A program made the position numbers and the translations under genes. A stretch of DNA of 64,000 nt from Verrucomicrobiota bacterium (GTDB lineage Bacteria; Verrucomicrobiota; Verrucomicrobiia; Limisphaerales; AAA164-E04). The DNA lies in NCBI GenBank assembly GCA_047947115.1, contig CP170459.1, positions 32,001 to 96,000 of the forward strand. The letters run 5' to 3'. The notes beneath the pieces are model-generated. The model did not search any database and was not told where the DNA came from. It was given only the letters and a program-made list of their open reading frames with translations. Every line of letters starts with the position of its first letter. The first letter of the stretch is position 1. Positions 1-10,636 of the stretch are shown here, piece after piece.

Positions 1-1186
1 CTCCGGCTTGTTCTCGCCGATAGAAAGCCATCGGCTGCACCAGGTCTTCCGCATCCACGGGCCGCCGGTAAGCGTGCCGCATCAAATTGGAAAGTATCTT
101 TTCGGCACATGCATCTTCCTGTGAAGGTTGATCAGGGCGAGTAATGAAAATTTTGCGGCGACTCTCCGATTCCCCTGCCCCTTCGATATTGAAAGGTCCA
201 TTGATATTGACCTGATAGATGGCGGGACTCAAGCGCGGATGGCGATGCATGTTGAATGCCACCGTATAAGGCTGACGCTTACGTTCCAGCAAAGCGTCGG
301 AATGATCCACAAAGGTGACACCCAACTGGTGTAACCCGGCAGTCACCGGAATACGCACCACCAGATTGCGGTCCACGCTCTCGTAATCCTTGGCTATCTC
401 AGGAGGTTTTACGGTGAATCGCCGGATGCGCTGGTCGTCCAACAAAAAATCCAGTTCATACGTGCCATTCAGGCCCTCGATCTCTTCGTTTCGATCCCGT
501 GCAAGACGCACCTTTATTTCGTATTCGGCATCATGGGAAAACGTGTGGGAAATCAACAGACCACCCCGTGTCCCAAGCGGCAAGCCCTCCACGTGATTTT
601 CCTGAGTCACATCCGCCGGGACACGATAGGTTTCCCCGCCCGGCTTCACTTCGGAGGCTCCCACGGCCAACCGGCTGATGCGCTGGGCAGCGGTGATATA
701 ACGGTTCAACAAGGTCGGAGAAAGCGACCCGACGGTGATGTTGTCAAAACCGTGGCTGGATTCATCCTTGGGCAACCATGCCCTGGCATCAATTTGAACC
801 GACAGCAAATCCCGAATCGCATTCTGATATTCGGTGCGAGTGAGCCGGCGAAACGTCTCGGTGCGCCCCGGATCGGGATGTTCCCCGGCAATCTGATCCA
901 ATGCTTCCGACAATTCGGAAGACATCTGATTGAACAACTTCTCACTCGGGCGGTCTTCCCCAATCGGCGGCATCTGACGGCCATCCAGCTTTCGCACTAC
1001 CTTTTCCCAAGTCTCAGTCTGTTCGTGGAAAGGCATTCCCAGGAGAGCTTCCAAATTCAGTCCCCCCTTATCTACATCTCCATCATGACAATCGAAACAA
1101 TAATCTCCAATAAGCCCGTCCATTGTGGCCGATTGGGAAACAACACTCCCCCAGCAAAGGCAGCAAAGAGTCCATACATATTTCAT
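1..1186 (-). CDS. DUF1587/DUF1592-family planctomycete-cytochrome-c protein (runs off the left edge of the window; absent from the ORF track)
   Basis: Manual translation from ATG at 1186: MKYVWTLCCLCWGSVV signal-like N-terminus, heme motif YCFDCH, then WEKVVRKL..QMPP and RRLTRTEYQNAIRDLL...GFDN, typical of DUF1587. Confidence 0.85.
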   Translation of the reverse strand, partial: MKYVWTLCCLCWGSVVSQSATMDGLIGDYCFDCHDGDVDKGGLNLEALLGMPFHEQTETWEKVVRKLDGRQMPPIGEDRPSEKLFNQMSSELSEALDQIAGEHPDPGRTETFRRLTRTEYQNAIRDLLSVQIDARAWLPKDESSHGFDNITVGSLSPTLLNRYITAAQRISRLAVGASEVKPGGETYRVPADVTQENHVEGLPLGTRGGLLISHTFSHDAEYEIKVRLARDRNEEIEGLNGTYELDFLLDDQRIRRFTVKPPEIAKDYESVDRNLVVRIPVTAGLHQLGVTFVDHSDALLERKRQPYTVAFNMHRHPRLSPAIYQVNINGPFNIEGAGESESRRKIFITRPDQPSQEDACAEKILSNLMRHAYRRPVDAEDLVQPMAFYRREQAG

Positions 1187-1213
1187 GTGTCGTTTCATAT
1201 TCGGAATGGTGAC

Positions 1214-1242
1214 ATTCTTGTTGATAGCCGTCAGAGTGTCAA
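1214..1242 (-). promoter_or_regulatory. Putative sigma70 promoter for the gene starting at 1186
   Basis: Minus strand TTGACA-N17-AAGAAT, ending about 28 nt upstream of the ATG. Confidence 0.5.
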
Positions 1243-1304
1243 TGGAAGTTCTTACGTTTACCCAGGGCAGTTAGGAGGAGATTCCCCTTCCAGAAGGTCA
1301 GAGC

Positions 1305-1344
1305 TCGCGCAACTTCTTGCGTGATCACGCAGCATATTGCGCGA
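1305..1344. repeat. Intergenic inverted repeat/hairpin
   Basis: TCGCGCAA...TTGCGCGA arms around the perfect palindrome TGCGTGATCACGCA (1318-1331). Confidence 0.6.
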
Positions 1345-1394
1345 TTCGCTGTTATAAACCAAAAACCTGAACCCATTGCGTGGAATGGCAACCT

Positions 1395-2474
1395 TCACTG
1401 TGCAGACAAAAGCTTCACCATCGCACGTCCCATGGCTTCGCCCACGTTCATGTAGGTTTCAGCATGACCGTTATAATGCCCCCCTGAACTTCCGCCTTTG
1501 GATAGAGGGTAACTGTAAACAGTGGCAACATTGCCCTTGAACTCAGGGTATTTACCGGAATCGCCGTCCACCGCAAACATGGCATCCAGGAGTTTTTTTC
1601 CGTTTCCAGTGTCGGCCTTTGAGGTTTGGCCCAGGGTGGCACAAACAAACTTTGCTTCGGGAGCACTGAAATCCTTACGGAGCTGTTTGATGAGATGCAC
1701 GAGGTTCTGTTCGTATCTGCTTGATAATGCCTCGCTGCGGCTATCCCGATCCCCCTGCCACCAGAAAAACCCAGCCACTTCATACTCTTTTGCACCGGGA
1801 TAATACTTGTCGAGTTCGTTCAGCACCTGTTTGACGCGGGAAATGTCGCCGTCGTATTGCATGCCGGCATACCAGTTGATTTGCTTGGGTTCTGTTCCTT
1901 TCAGCCAGCGCTCGGGTGAACCCTTGTAACCGGGATGCACCCAAGTCACGCCCATTGAATCCGTGAACTCGTACCCCTCACTCCCCGGCGGCAACAAATC
2001 CCACCCAAGCGCACGGTTACCAATACAGCTCTTCAAAATCATGACCGGTGCATCGGAAGCATGCCCCAAATGGTGGCCAATTCCAAATTCAGGACCGATC
2101 TTCCCCCCCTTGATGGTCATCCACTCGTTGTTAAAAAGTCGCATCCCACCGAGACCGCTGCCCATGACCCGAACATTCCTGACATCCTGGCGCACGGCCC
2201 AATCCCCATCATCATCGACAAGATAAGGATACAACCCCTTTTCCTTCACTGCATGCACCAGCGAGCCCTCAGGACCCTTTTTACCCGGCTGCACTTGCCC
2301 CGCTCCAAGCATGTTGGATTGCCCGAGCAAGATGTAGACCTGCACGGGCTTGCTCATGTCAGCCGGTTGTCCATCCGGATCAGGCAAACTATCAGCCGAC
2401 AATACGACTGTGGTGCTGAGAACAGCGACTGAACATCGCATATACTTTAACAGACTTTTTAATGGATTGCTCAT
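1395..2474 (-). CDS. Sialate O-acetylesterase (SASA/SGNH) domain carbohydrate esterase, secreted
   Basis: YILLGQSNM block I, GPEFGIG, FFWWQGDRD, C-terminal HYN; signal-like N-terminus. Confidence 0.8.
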   Translation of the reverse strand: MSNPLKSLLKYMRCSVAVLSTTVVLSADSLPDPDGQPADMSKPVQVYILLGQSNMLGAGQVQPGKKGPEGSLVHAVKEKGLYPYLVDDDGDWAVRQDVRNVRVMGSGLGGMRLFNNEWMTIKGGKIGPEFGIGHHLGHASDAPVMILKSCIGNRALGWDLLPPGSEGYEFTDSMGVTWVHPGYKGSPERWLKGTEPKQINWYAGMQYDGDISRVKQVLNELDKYYPGAKEYEVAGFFWWQGDRDSRSEALSSRYEQNLVHLIKQLRKDFSAPEAKFVCATLGQTSKADTGNGKKLLDAMFAVDGDSGKYPEFKGNVATVYSYPLSKGGSSGGHYNGHAETYMNVGEAMGRAMVKLLSAQ

Positions 2475-2504
2475 AGATACTTTCTTGTGCCGTCAATAAG
2501 CAGA

Positions 2505-5162
2505 CTAACGTTTTAAAAAGGATTCACTCAATACGACTGAAACGATCAAATCCTGAAATCCTCGATCTCCGTCAAGCACGTCGTTGGTCAGGGATTGAAC
2601 AATCCGATAATCACCGAAACTGAGTTCACGCCCGGTGCTGTAAATGAGCAGTTTTTCGATCAGGCATGAAGCAAACAACTCCATGTTGTTCATAAGATAA
2701 GCTTTTAAATCGGTCACATCGTTCAACAAAGTTCCACCCGGCATGGTGGCTGATGTGTCGATGCGACGCCCCAGGCGCGTTCCTTCTCCCTGGCTCGAAT
2801 AGAACTCTTCCTTGAGTTTCTCCGAGGCGCCATCTGTGTAGATCGGATAATACTCCCGCCAACGCCCCACCGGATCAAATTGCTCCATCACAAAACCAAG
2901 TGGATCAATCTTCTCATGACACCGTGCACAAGCCGCATCTGCCTGATGCTTCAACATCAGTTCACGCATGGTGGTGGCTCCGGAAGTATCGGGCGCAACA
3001 GCCGGAACATCGGCGGGTGGCGGAGGGGTCGGCTGCCCCAACACGTTTTCCAGCAACCACACACCTCGATGCACCGGATGGGTATCCACACCATTTGCTG
3101 TCGCCATCATGATGGAGGCCAACCCAAGAAGCCCGCCTTGTCTTCCTCCTTTTGGAAAAGTTACCCGCTGCATTTTTTTCCCCGTCAGATCCCCTCCATA
3201 TATTTTATTGAGATTCTGGTTTCTGAAACTGAATCCAGGATCAATGAAATGGTCCAAGGTGTAATTGCCCGCCAATAATTCCTCAAAAAACAGTTCAGTT
3301 TCTTCGATCAACGCATCACGATCCGGATTGAAGAATTTCAACAATCGAGGATCCGGCATGATATCCTTGAGCATGCGAGTGCCCAACCATTGGCCGGTAA
3401 AATGTTTTACAAATTCCAATCGTTCGGGTTTGGACAACAAACGCCGGGTCTCCTTTCCCAATACATCCAACTTCGACAATTGGCCGGAGGAAGCAAGCGC
3501 AGTGAGTTCCGCATCTGGAGGAGAACCGTTCAAGAAGTAACTCAGGCGACTCGCAAGTTCATACTCATCCAATGCGCCTCCTCCAAGCTCACGGAATAGA
3601 AAGTGAGGCGACAGCAAAGCTTTTCGGATAGCCAAGTGAAGGGCATCTTCAATGCGTTTCTCTGGAAACTCGTCACGATGTGTACAAACAAGTTCCATAT
3701 ATCCACCTAACTGATCGTCGGATACGGGCCGTCGAAAGGCTCTGGATAAAAAATCCCGGAGAAACCGTTCAACAAATAGGATATCCGTAGACTCGCTGGC
3801 TTGCCGTCCTAAAAACGCTTTGGACCTGGCCAATCTGTCCCGCATTGTCTGACTGATCACCACACGATTGGGACCATTCACCGCCACTTCCAGAATGTCC
3901 AATGCAGGACCAAAACGATGCATTTGTTCGTGGGCATATGCTTTGCACCAATTGTGCGGCCCATTGAACAAACCCCCGCCATAGACAGCCGGTGGTTTAC
4001 CCAGAGCCGGATCACTCAAATCAAGATCTCCACTCTCCATCAAAGCACAAATCGCTTCATAAAACTCCGCCTGACTCGATCCTCGTTTTCCTCCGTTCAA
4101 CTTGAGAGCGGCGGCGTAGAAAATACGGTCATTCAACAAACGGTCATCAATGAAATCATGTGAAAGATCAATCCTCCCCGGATCCGAATACACGGGACCG
4201 TCCGCCCATCGAAACCCCATGATCTCGCCTTGAAAAAGTTCCACTTCCAAAGGATCCACGGAATGCTTCGCTTCGGATGTCGATATGGAAACCTCGCCAA
4301 GCATCCTCATGTCCGAAAACTTCGCGTATTTTTGCTCCCCGTTCTGACGTGCGAAGACTTGCAACAGGAAGGGCTTGGATCGGCGTTCGTAAAACATGCT
4401 TCCGGTTTGAAACACACGGGCATCAATCCGCACACTGTAAATGCCGCTGATTGGCGCTTCAAAAGAAGAGGTCCATCCCGCTGCACTTGCCATATTGCGT
4501 GAAGAAACCAGACGGAAAACCTCACCTGCCAACGCTCCCCCACCTCCCTCATCGGTGTTCAATCCCATGGCATCGATTGAATAGTGATGCGGTTCGGCTT
4601 TGGGCAGAGTCACCGGTTGCGGTAGAAATTCGTCAGCAATTGCAGTGGCTATCTCCAGATATTGCGCCAGTAAGGGAGGTGAGATCACCAGTCCAGATGC
4701 AACGTTATCAAAACCAAATTTGGAAACATCCGATGGAAAGGAAGGCGGCAGTTCAAATTCCGGATAGTCAAACAAGTTCCGAATGGTATTCAAATATTCG
4801 ATACGGTTCAGGCGACGCGGCAGGGTTCCTCCCGGAGGCGAATATTCGGTCAAAACCTCCCCGAGCCAAGCAAGAAAAGTATCTCGATCAACACTCCCGG
4901 GAATGGATTCCGCATCACGAGGAGGCATCTCACCTGAATGCACCACCTCGTGAACCGTCGTCCAAAGTTCAAGACTATCCGTTGACGCCCAATCCACAGA
5001 TCGCAAATCGAGGTTCACGTCCCCTTCCAGTTTGTCTTCACGCCCCGCATGACATTCGAAACAATGTTGCTTGAGAAAATCCACCACCGGTGCAGGCATG
5101 GACTCCCCGGCGAACAGGACAGTCGAAAAGCCAATCAGTTGGCACCAAAGAAACATCTTCAT
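2505..5162 (-). CDS. DUF1587/1592/1595/1588/1585 planctomycete-cytochrome-c protein
   Basis: CFECH and CARCH heme motifs, RRLNRIEYLNTIR, YELASRLSYFL, PVHRGVWLLENVLG, IDPLGF; likely start MKMFLW at 5162. Confidence 0.9.
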   Translation of the reverse strand: MKMFLWCQLIGFSTVLFAGESMPAPVVDFLKQHCFECHAGREDKLEGDVNLDLRSVDWASTDSLELWTTVHEVVHSGEMPPRDAESIPGSVDRDTFLAWLGEVLTEYSPPGGTLPRRLNRIEYLNTIRNLFDYPEFELPPSFPSDVSKFGFDNVASGLVISPPLLAQYLEIATAIADEFLPQPVTLPKAEPHHYSIDAMGLNTDEGGGGALAGEVFRLVSSRNMASAAGWTSSFEAPISGIYSVRIDARVFQTGSMFYERRSKPFLLQVFARQNGEQKYAKFSDMRMLGEVSISTSEAKHSVDPLEVELFQGEIMGFRWADGPVYSDPGRIDLSHDFIDDRLLNDRIFYAAALKLNGGKRGSSQAEFYEAICALMESGDLDLSDPALGKPPAVYGGGLFNGPHNWCKAYAHEQMHRFGPALDILEVAVNGPNRVVISQTMRDRLARSKAFLGRQASESTDILFVERFLRDFLSRAFRRPVSDDQLGGYMELVCTHRDEFPEKRIEDALHLAIRKALLSPHFLFRELGGGALDEYELASRLSYFLNGSPPDAELTALASSGQLSKLDVLGKETRRLLSKPERLEFVKHFTGQWLGTRMLKDIMPDPRLLKFFNPDRDALIEETELFFEELLAGNYTLDHFIDPGFSFRNQNLNKIYGGDLTGKKMQRVTFPKGGRQGGLLGLASIMMATANGVDTHPVHRGVWLLENVLGQPTPPPPADVPAVAPDTSGATTMRELMLKHQADAACARCHEKIDPLGFVMEQFDPVGRWREYYPIYTDGASEKLKEEFYSSQGEGTRLGRRIDTSATMPGGTLLNDVTDLKAYLMNNMELFASCLIEKLLIYSTGRELSFGDYRIVQSLTNDVLDGDRGFQDLIVSVVLSESFLKR

Positions 5163-5169
5163 CGGATTT

Positions 5170-6501
5170 CTAGGATAAACATTCATTGAGGTTCCGACTC
5201 GCACCGGCGAATTGATCAATGTCCATGCCGGACCGCTGCATCAATGTCAGCATCAAATCACCCAGCAACCTTGAATCCGAAGCGGCGCGATCGTTGGCCC
5301 AGTGGTTTCCATGAGAGAGACCACCACCCGCCACCAGAACCGGCAGGTTACTGTTGTCATGTGTATTGGAATCGCCCATTCCACTGCCAAAAACCACGGC
5401 GGTTGAATCCAGCAGTGTTCGATCTTCCGGGTCCTGATAGCTTTGGAGCTTCTCTAGAAAACGCGAAAAGCGTTTCACATGTTCCCTGCCCACCAGATTG
5501 TAATCAGCAATTTTCCTGGCTTCGTTCCCATGATGAGAAAGGCCGTGATAACCCGCGCTCAAACGTCGGCCATCAATCTCAAACACCTGACTCCATCCTG
5601 GAACCAGAAAGGTCAACACCCGTGTGGAGTCCGTGCCCAACGCGAGCGCCATGAGATCATACATGAGCATTTCGCACTCGAGAGATTGGTCAGGTGAAAC
5701 CGGATCAAAAGCAGGCAGCGTGTAGTCGGTGGTGGGAAAAGGCCGTTCCAACCATGCTTCTTGTTTTTGAACCATTTTCTCCACATCACGCAGGGAGGTC
5801 AGATATTCATCCAGCTTCCCCTGATCACGATGGGATACACGCCTTTTTAAGGATGTAGCTTCTTCCAAAAATCCATCGAGCAGGCTACCGTTTCCTTTCA
5901 GGACGTACTCCATCCTGGATCGATCACTATCGGAACGGAAGAGAGTTTGAAAAAGAACACTTGGTCTCCCGATCATCGGCAAGGGCACGCCTTCCTTGCT
6001 GAAACTAAGCCGGGCCGCATCGGGCGGCGTGCCACACGTCAGTTGCAGTGAGGCATACCGAGTGTGATGCCCGACATGTTCGGCCACCAGTTGATCCATG
6101 GAGACGGAACCCGTCGCGGATCCGCTCAACCACGCCTGCCAACCTTCGTGACCATTGCGCCCACGATGATCCAATCCGGAAAAGACCGAAAACTGATCGC
6201 GAAAGGATACCAAAGGTTCAAGCACATAAGGCATGTCATAGGTCTTGCCTGTTTGTTTCGGGAAGAAATCAGCCTGATGGAATCCAAGATAAGTGCCGAC
6301 ACATACCAAACGTTTCACCGGCGTAGAGACGGTCGAGGCTTGCAGGCACGCAACATCAAATGACTCCAACATCGGAAGAGCCAAACTCATCCCCATACCA
6401 CGCAAAAACCGCCTGCGATCCGTCAGTGTTCGTATCGCCTGGTATTTCGTAGTTTTTAACTGCTGTTTAGAATGCCGCATGGCTACCTGCAATTGCTTCA
6501 C
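5170..6501 (-). CDS. DUF1552 (HXXSHH) family protein with Tat signal
   Basis: DRRRFLRG Tat motif, YHGLSHH, SMDQ, GSGMGDSNTH; true start may be ATG 6480. Confidence 0.9.
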   Translation of the reverse strand: MKQLQVAMRHSKQQLKTTKYQAIRTLTDRRRFLRGMGMSLALPMLESFDVACLQASTVSTPVKRLVCVGTYLGFHQADFFPKQTGKTYDMPYVLEPLVSFRDQFSVFSGLDHRGRNGHEGWQAWLSGSATGSVSMDQLVAEHVGHHTRYASLQLTCGTPPDAARLSFSKEGVPLPMIGRPSVLFQTLFRSDSDRSRMEYVLKGNGSLLDGFLEEATSLKRRVSHRDQGKLDEYLTSLRDVEKMVQKQEAWLERPFPTTDYTLPAFDPVSPDQSLECEMLMYDLMALALGTDSTRVLTFLVPGWSQVFEIDGRRLSAGYHGLSHHGNEARKIADYNLVGREHVKRFSRFLEKLQSYQDPEDRTLLDSTAVVFGSGMGDSNTHDNSNLPVLVAGGGLSHGNHWANDRAASDSRLLGDLMLTLMQRSGMDIDQFAGASRNLNECLS

Positions 6502-6690
6502 GACGCCATCGACATGGAACGCCTCTTTGCTGATGTGGGTGCATATTCATAGTGAACGGTTGGCAAAATAACATCACCTCGTGATGATACCATGCAAAAC
6601 AACCTTTTTTTTACTACGGCACTATTTGGGGATTGAAGGTGCGTAGTAAGACGTTGAAGATCGTTAAGGAGGTAATTCATGAGACCTTTC

Positions 6691-9165
6691 TCATTGGCTG
6701 GAATAGATCACTTGCTGGAGTTTTGAGAGGATATCACCATTGAACGGATAAAGTCGGGTCATAAAGAGACCATATTGTTTTTCCTTCGGATCGATCCAGA
6801 AATGGGTTGTGTGATAACCACTCCACCCGAAACTCCCCACAGAAGCGACTTCGTTACCTCGTTTTTCTTTGAGTATCTGGAATCCAAATCCAAGCACATA
6901 GCCCTTGTCAGCACTACCATATCCCGGGACATCCTGAAGTTGATCCGTGAGCATGACATCCAATGTTTTCTTGGATAGAATCTCCAGCCCATCGGGTGCA
7001 CGTCCCTGATCCACCAGCATCTGGCAGAAACGACCAAAGTCATTCATGGTAGAAACCAGCCCTTCCCCCCCGAGGAATAATTGGCTGTCAGGGGCGTAGT
7101 AAAGTTCATCCTCGGCGGGTGTCCCCAGACGAAACCCGTCCTCGGTTTTGACATGCAAAGGTTGGAATCGAAGGCGGTCCTCTGGGGTGAGGTAAAACTT
7201 GGTATCCTTCATGCCCAGCGGATCGAAGATCGATTCCTTCAAGAACCGGTCCAGAGATTGGCCACTCAGTTTCTCGATGGCGGCTCCCAGGACAGCGGTG
7301 CTCAGGCCATAAGTATAACGCTCGCCCGGTTGGTGTTGGAGAGGGATTGTAGCCAACAATTCGATCAAACCCTCGAGATCCGTCAGTTCCATCACCTGTT
7401 TCCAGGTTCCTTCCTCATCAAATGAGCCGTCATAGCCATAGATACCGGAGGTGTGTAGCAGCAGATCTCGATAGGTAATTGGACGTTTAAGAGGTTCCGT
7501 CAGATCCGAATCGGCGGATTTTTGCACACGGAACTCGGCAAGTTTCGGAAGCATCTCTGAAACGGGCGCGTCCAGTTTCAGTAATCCACGCTCGTATAGA
7601 ATCATCGCCGCCAAACTGGTGACAGGCTTTGTCATCGACCAGATGGGAAAGAGCGTATGCTCCAGAATAGACCGGTCCCCTTCTCTTCCGGAATCCATGG
7701 CATGATCGTAAACCGTTTTCCCGTCCCGCACCCATCGGAACGTATGTGAAAGGACCTCGTTGTGATCAATGAATTCGGATTGCAAGTCGAGTAGCCCTGC
7801 CCCTAAGTTGGTATCGGGGTGCTGGCCGGAAAGATCGTAGCAGCGCATTTCCTGATCATTGCGCAGATATATCCGCCCGCTGGCAAAGGCCGGGGCCGAC
7901 CAGACCAGCAAACGCCCCCCCACCCGATGTGTGGGTTCGATCAGTTGAGTGCGCGACAACTCACGGTAACCTGCGGGAGTCAGATCTGCACTGATGAGTT
8001 CTCCATGATCGTTGTATATAAAGGTCTTTTTTGAAGGCGTATGATGAAAGGTAAACGCGGAAGGCCAGGCAGTCGAACGTTTGCCATGGAGATTTAACAG
8101 GGGCAACGGTGATTGCCAAACACGTGCACCGGTTCGAATATCGACACAAAAAAAATCTCGTCGCCCACCTGCCGAATAGAGATATCCTTCCCCGTCGAGA
8201 TGGGCGGTGTTGAGTACACCTGCAACTCCTTTGTGTGGTTCTGGACCCCAGATGACGTCGACTGTGCGATGATCCTTACCTACTCTGATGGCGGCGGAAA
8301 CATTATTGTAGCCCATGATGTGCACCAGATCTCCATGCACGCGCGGCGCACCAATGGACATGCCATAAAGAGGTTTGACCGCCGCATCCCAGTGGCGGGT
8401 TCCATCGGAAGGATCCAGTGAAGCCAAGGCATCCCCGTGCCATACGAGCAATTGTTCCAAACCATGGATTTCGACCATCGTGGGCGGACAGTAACCCGGC
8501 TTGGTGGATGAAAGCGCCCGCCAACGTTCCTCACCGGTTCTTTGATCAAATGCAACGACCGTGGAACCATCCCCACCAACGATGCAAATCAACAGGTCCT
8601 TGTATGCCAACGGGTGGGCGGCACACCCCCATTCGGGAATGTCGAGTGCATAGTCTGTTTTGAAATCCTTGGACCATATCACCCGACCATCCGAAGCATC
8701 GAAACAGAACAGATTTCCTTCAGCCCCCAGGGTATACACGTACCACCCCACCACTGTTGGCGTGCATCGAGGACCAATCGCATATGGAAACACGGTGGTG
8801 TATGGGCAGTCATATTCGTATTCCCAGATCAATTCGCCGCTGGAAGAGTCAACACATCGCACCCTCTCCTTACCGGGAATTTCTGCGCGGATGAAGTTGG
8901 GGTTTCCTTCCACCTTGCCCGGTCGGTAAGGCTGCGCCAAACGATCCGTGATAAAGACGCGCCCGTCCACCACTGCAGGTCCTGAATAACCGCCTCCGAC
9001 GGTTCGTTTCCAGAGCAGCGGAAACCCGGAATCAGGAAAACTGGTTTGGATGTCTTCTTCGTTAATGGACGTATCCCCGTTGGGGCCCAGGAAATGGGGC
9101 CAATCATCTCCCATTAATGAAACAAAAAAGATTCCCGAGCATATCAGACAGACAATTGATTTCAT
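6691..9165 (-). CDS. PQQ-like beta-propeller fused to a beta-lactamase-family serine hydrolase
   Basis: N-half DWPHFLGP, GGGYSGPAV, repeated GxxxW blades; C-half WSMTK (SxxK), LLHTSG, YTYG, FGWSG; start MKSIVC at 9165. Confidence 0.85.
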   Translation of the reverse strand: MKSIVCLICSGIFFVSLMGDDWPHFLGPNGDTSINEEDIQTSFPDSGFPLLWKRTVGGGYSGPAVVDGRVFITDRLAQPYRPGKVEGNPNFIRAEIPGKERVRCVDSSSGELIWEYEYDCPYTTVFPYAIGPRCTPTVVGWYVYTLGAEGNLFCFDASDGRVIWSKDFKTDYALDIPEWGCAAHPLAYKDLLICIVGGDGSTVVAFDQRTGEERWRALSSTKPGYCPPTMVEIHGLEQLLVWHGDALASLDPSDGTRHWDAAVKPLYGMSIGAPRVHGDLVHIMGYNNVSAAIRVGKDHRTVDVIWGPEPHKGVAGVLNTAHLDGEGYLYSAGGRRDFFCVDIRTGARVWQSPLPLLNLHGKRSTAWPSAFTFHHTPSKKTFIYNDHGELISADLTPAGYRELSRTQLIEPTHRVGGRLLVWSAPAFASGRIYLRNDQEMRCYDLSGQHPDTNLGAGLLDLQSEFIDHNEVLSHTFRWVRDGKTVYDHAMDSGREGDRSILEHTLFPIWSMTKPVTSLAAMILYERGLLKLDAPVSEMLPKLAEFRVQKSADSDLTEPLKRPITYRDLLLHTSGIYGYDGSFDEEGTWKQVMELTDLEGLIELLATIPLQHQPGERYTYGLSTAVLGAAIEKLSGQSLDRFLKESIFDPLGMKDTKFYLTPEDRLRFQPLHVKTEDGFRLGTPAEDELYYAPDSQLFLGGEGLVSTMNDFGRFCQMLVDQGRAPDGLEILSKKTLDVMLTDQLQDVPGYGSADKGYVLGFGFQILKEKRGNEVASVGSFGWSGYHTTHFWIDPKEKQYGLFMTRLYPFNGDILSKLQQVIYSSQ

Positions 9166-9172
9166 GAATTCT

Positions 9173-10636
9173 TCAAGCAATGATGTTGTGCAGGATGTGA
9201 CCGCCAATATCCGTCAGTTTTCGTATGCGCCCCGCATGCCGGTAAGTCACCTTCTCGTCCTCCAATCCCATTAAATTCAAAATGGTCGCATGAACGTCTC
9301 GGATATGGATCGGTTCTCCCTCGGAACGCAGACTGAAGGGATCAGTTTCTCCAGCGGTCGCGCCTCCCTTCACATCGCCACCCGCCATCCACATGCATAA
9401 CCCGTAAGAATTGTGCTCACGTCCAGGTGTTTTCGGCATGGTGGGGCTGTTGACGAATGGGGTGCGTCCCATTTCCGAAGCCCATACCACAAGGGTTTCA
9501 TCCAGCAAACCACGATGCTCCAGATCCTCCAGCAAAGCCGCTACGGGTTGATCCACTTCCTGACTGTGTTTGCGCATGCCGCCTTCGACATTGCTGTGAT
9601 CATCCCAGCTATGGGACCCGATCTGTACCCCATGAATCAACAGAGTGTAGCGCACCCCCCGTTCTACCATTCTTCGTGCCAACAGACATTGCCTGCCAAA
9701 TCCGGCGGTGGTGTCGTTATCCAAACCATAGAGACGCCGAATGGATTCCGGTTCACCCGACAAATCCACCGCTTCAGGAGCGGCGGTCTGCATGCGAAAA
9801 GCCAGTTCGTAGGCGGCAATTCGCGACTCGAGTTCCGAATCCCATGGACGTTGCGCGAGATGACGTTGATTGAGATTTCGAATCAATCCAAATTCTTCTC
9901 TCTGATGAGTCGCGCTCAATCCCTTGGGAGGTTGTAAATTCAATATCGGACTCCCCTGATCACGCAACAAGGTCCCCTGATGCACGGCGGGCAGATAACC
10001 ATTGGCCCAGACAGCGGCGCCATTGCACGGAGCTCCCCGGGGATCCTGGATCACGATGTAACCCGGCATGTTCTGATTGGACGTGCCCAGGCCATATTGA
10101 ATCCAGGAACCCACCGACGGACTCCCGGGGAATTGACTGCCGGTTGTCACATGATAGGTGGAGGGACCATGATTCTGATTGTCAGTCTTGATACCATGGA
10201 TGAAAGCAAGATCATCGACCCGACGCGCCAGATTGGGAAACAACTCGGAAAGCCAACGCCCCGTGTCGCCGTGTTGTTTGAATTCAAAGGGACTCCCGAC
10301 ACATACATGAGGAAAGGAAAGTCGGCCCTGTAATTCCCCCTTCACGGAAAGGTCACCGGTAAGAGGTTTGCCATGCAATTCTCTCAGCATGGGTTTGTGC
10401 TCAAATGAATCCATCTGAGAGACCCCTCCCTGCATAAACAAAAAGATGCAATGCTTGGCTTTCCGGGGAAGATGCTGGATTTTAGGTGCCAGTGGACTGC
10501 TGAGACCCGGCTCACGATGAGCCAGGAGATCCTCCTGCAACAAACCAGCCAATCCGAGAGCGCCAATGCCATTCCATGTCCGGGACAGGAAATCCCGACG
10601 TCCGATGCCTTGGCTTGATTGATCCCTAATCGACAT
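9173..10636 (-). CDS. DUF1501 family protein with Tat signal
   Basis: GRRDFL, CIFLFMQGGVSQMD, FGRQCLLARR, WDDH, SEMGRTP. Confidence 0.9.
   Translation of the reverse strand: MSIRDQSSQGIGRRDFLSRTWNGIGALGLAGLLQEDLLAHREPGLSSPLAPKIQHLPRKAKHCIFLFMQGGVSQMDSFEHKPMLRELHGKPLTGDLSVKGELQGRLSFPHVCVGSPFEFKQHGDTGRWLSELFPNLARRVDDLAFIHGIKTDNQNHGPSTYHVTTGSQFPGSPSVGSWIQYGLGTSNQNMPGYIVIQDPRGAPCNGAAVWANGYLPAVHQGTLLRDQGSPILNLQPPKGLSATHQREEFGLIRNLNQRHLAQRPWDSELESRIAAYELAFRMQTAAPEAVDLSGEPESIRRLYGLDNDTTAGFGRQCLLARRMVERGVRYTLLIHGVQIGSHSWDDHSNVEGGMRKHSQEVDQPVAALLEDLEHRGLLDETLVVWASEMGRTPFVNSPTMPKTPGREHNSYGLCMWMAGGDVKGGATAGETDPFSLRSEGEPIHIRDVHATILNLMGLEDEKVTYRHAGRIRKLTDIGGHILHNIIA

Noticed and set aside
533..1324. 263-aa plus-strand ORF
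   Set aside because: Antisense shadow of the minus-strand DUF1592-family gene starting at 1186
6498..6680. 60-aa ORF overlapping the DUF1552 start
   Set aside because: No motif; likely a chance ORF in the intergenic/promoter region
6691..7800. Antibiotic-resistance beta-lactamase
   Set aside because: SxxK plus LLxHTSG and WxG fit the broad esterase/serine-hydrolase family; the KTG triad of true class C enzymes is absent
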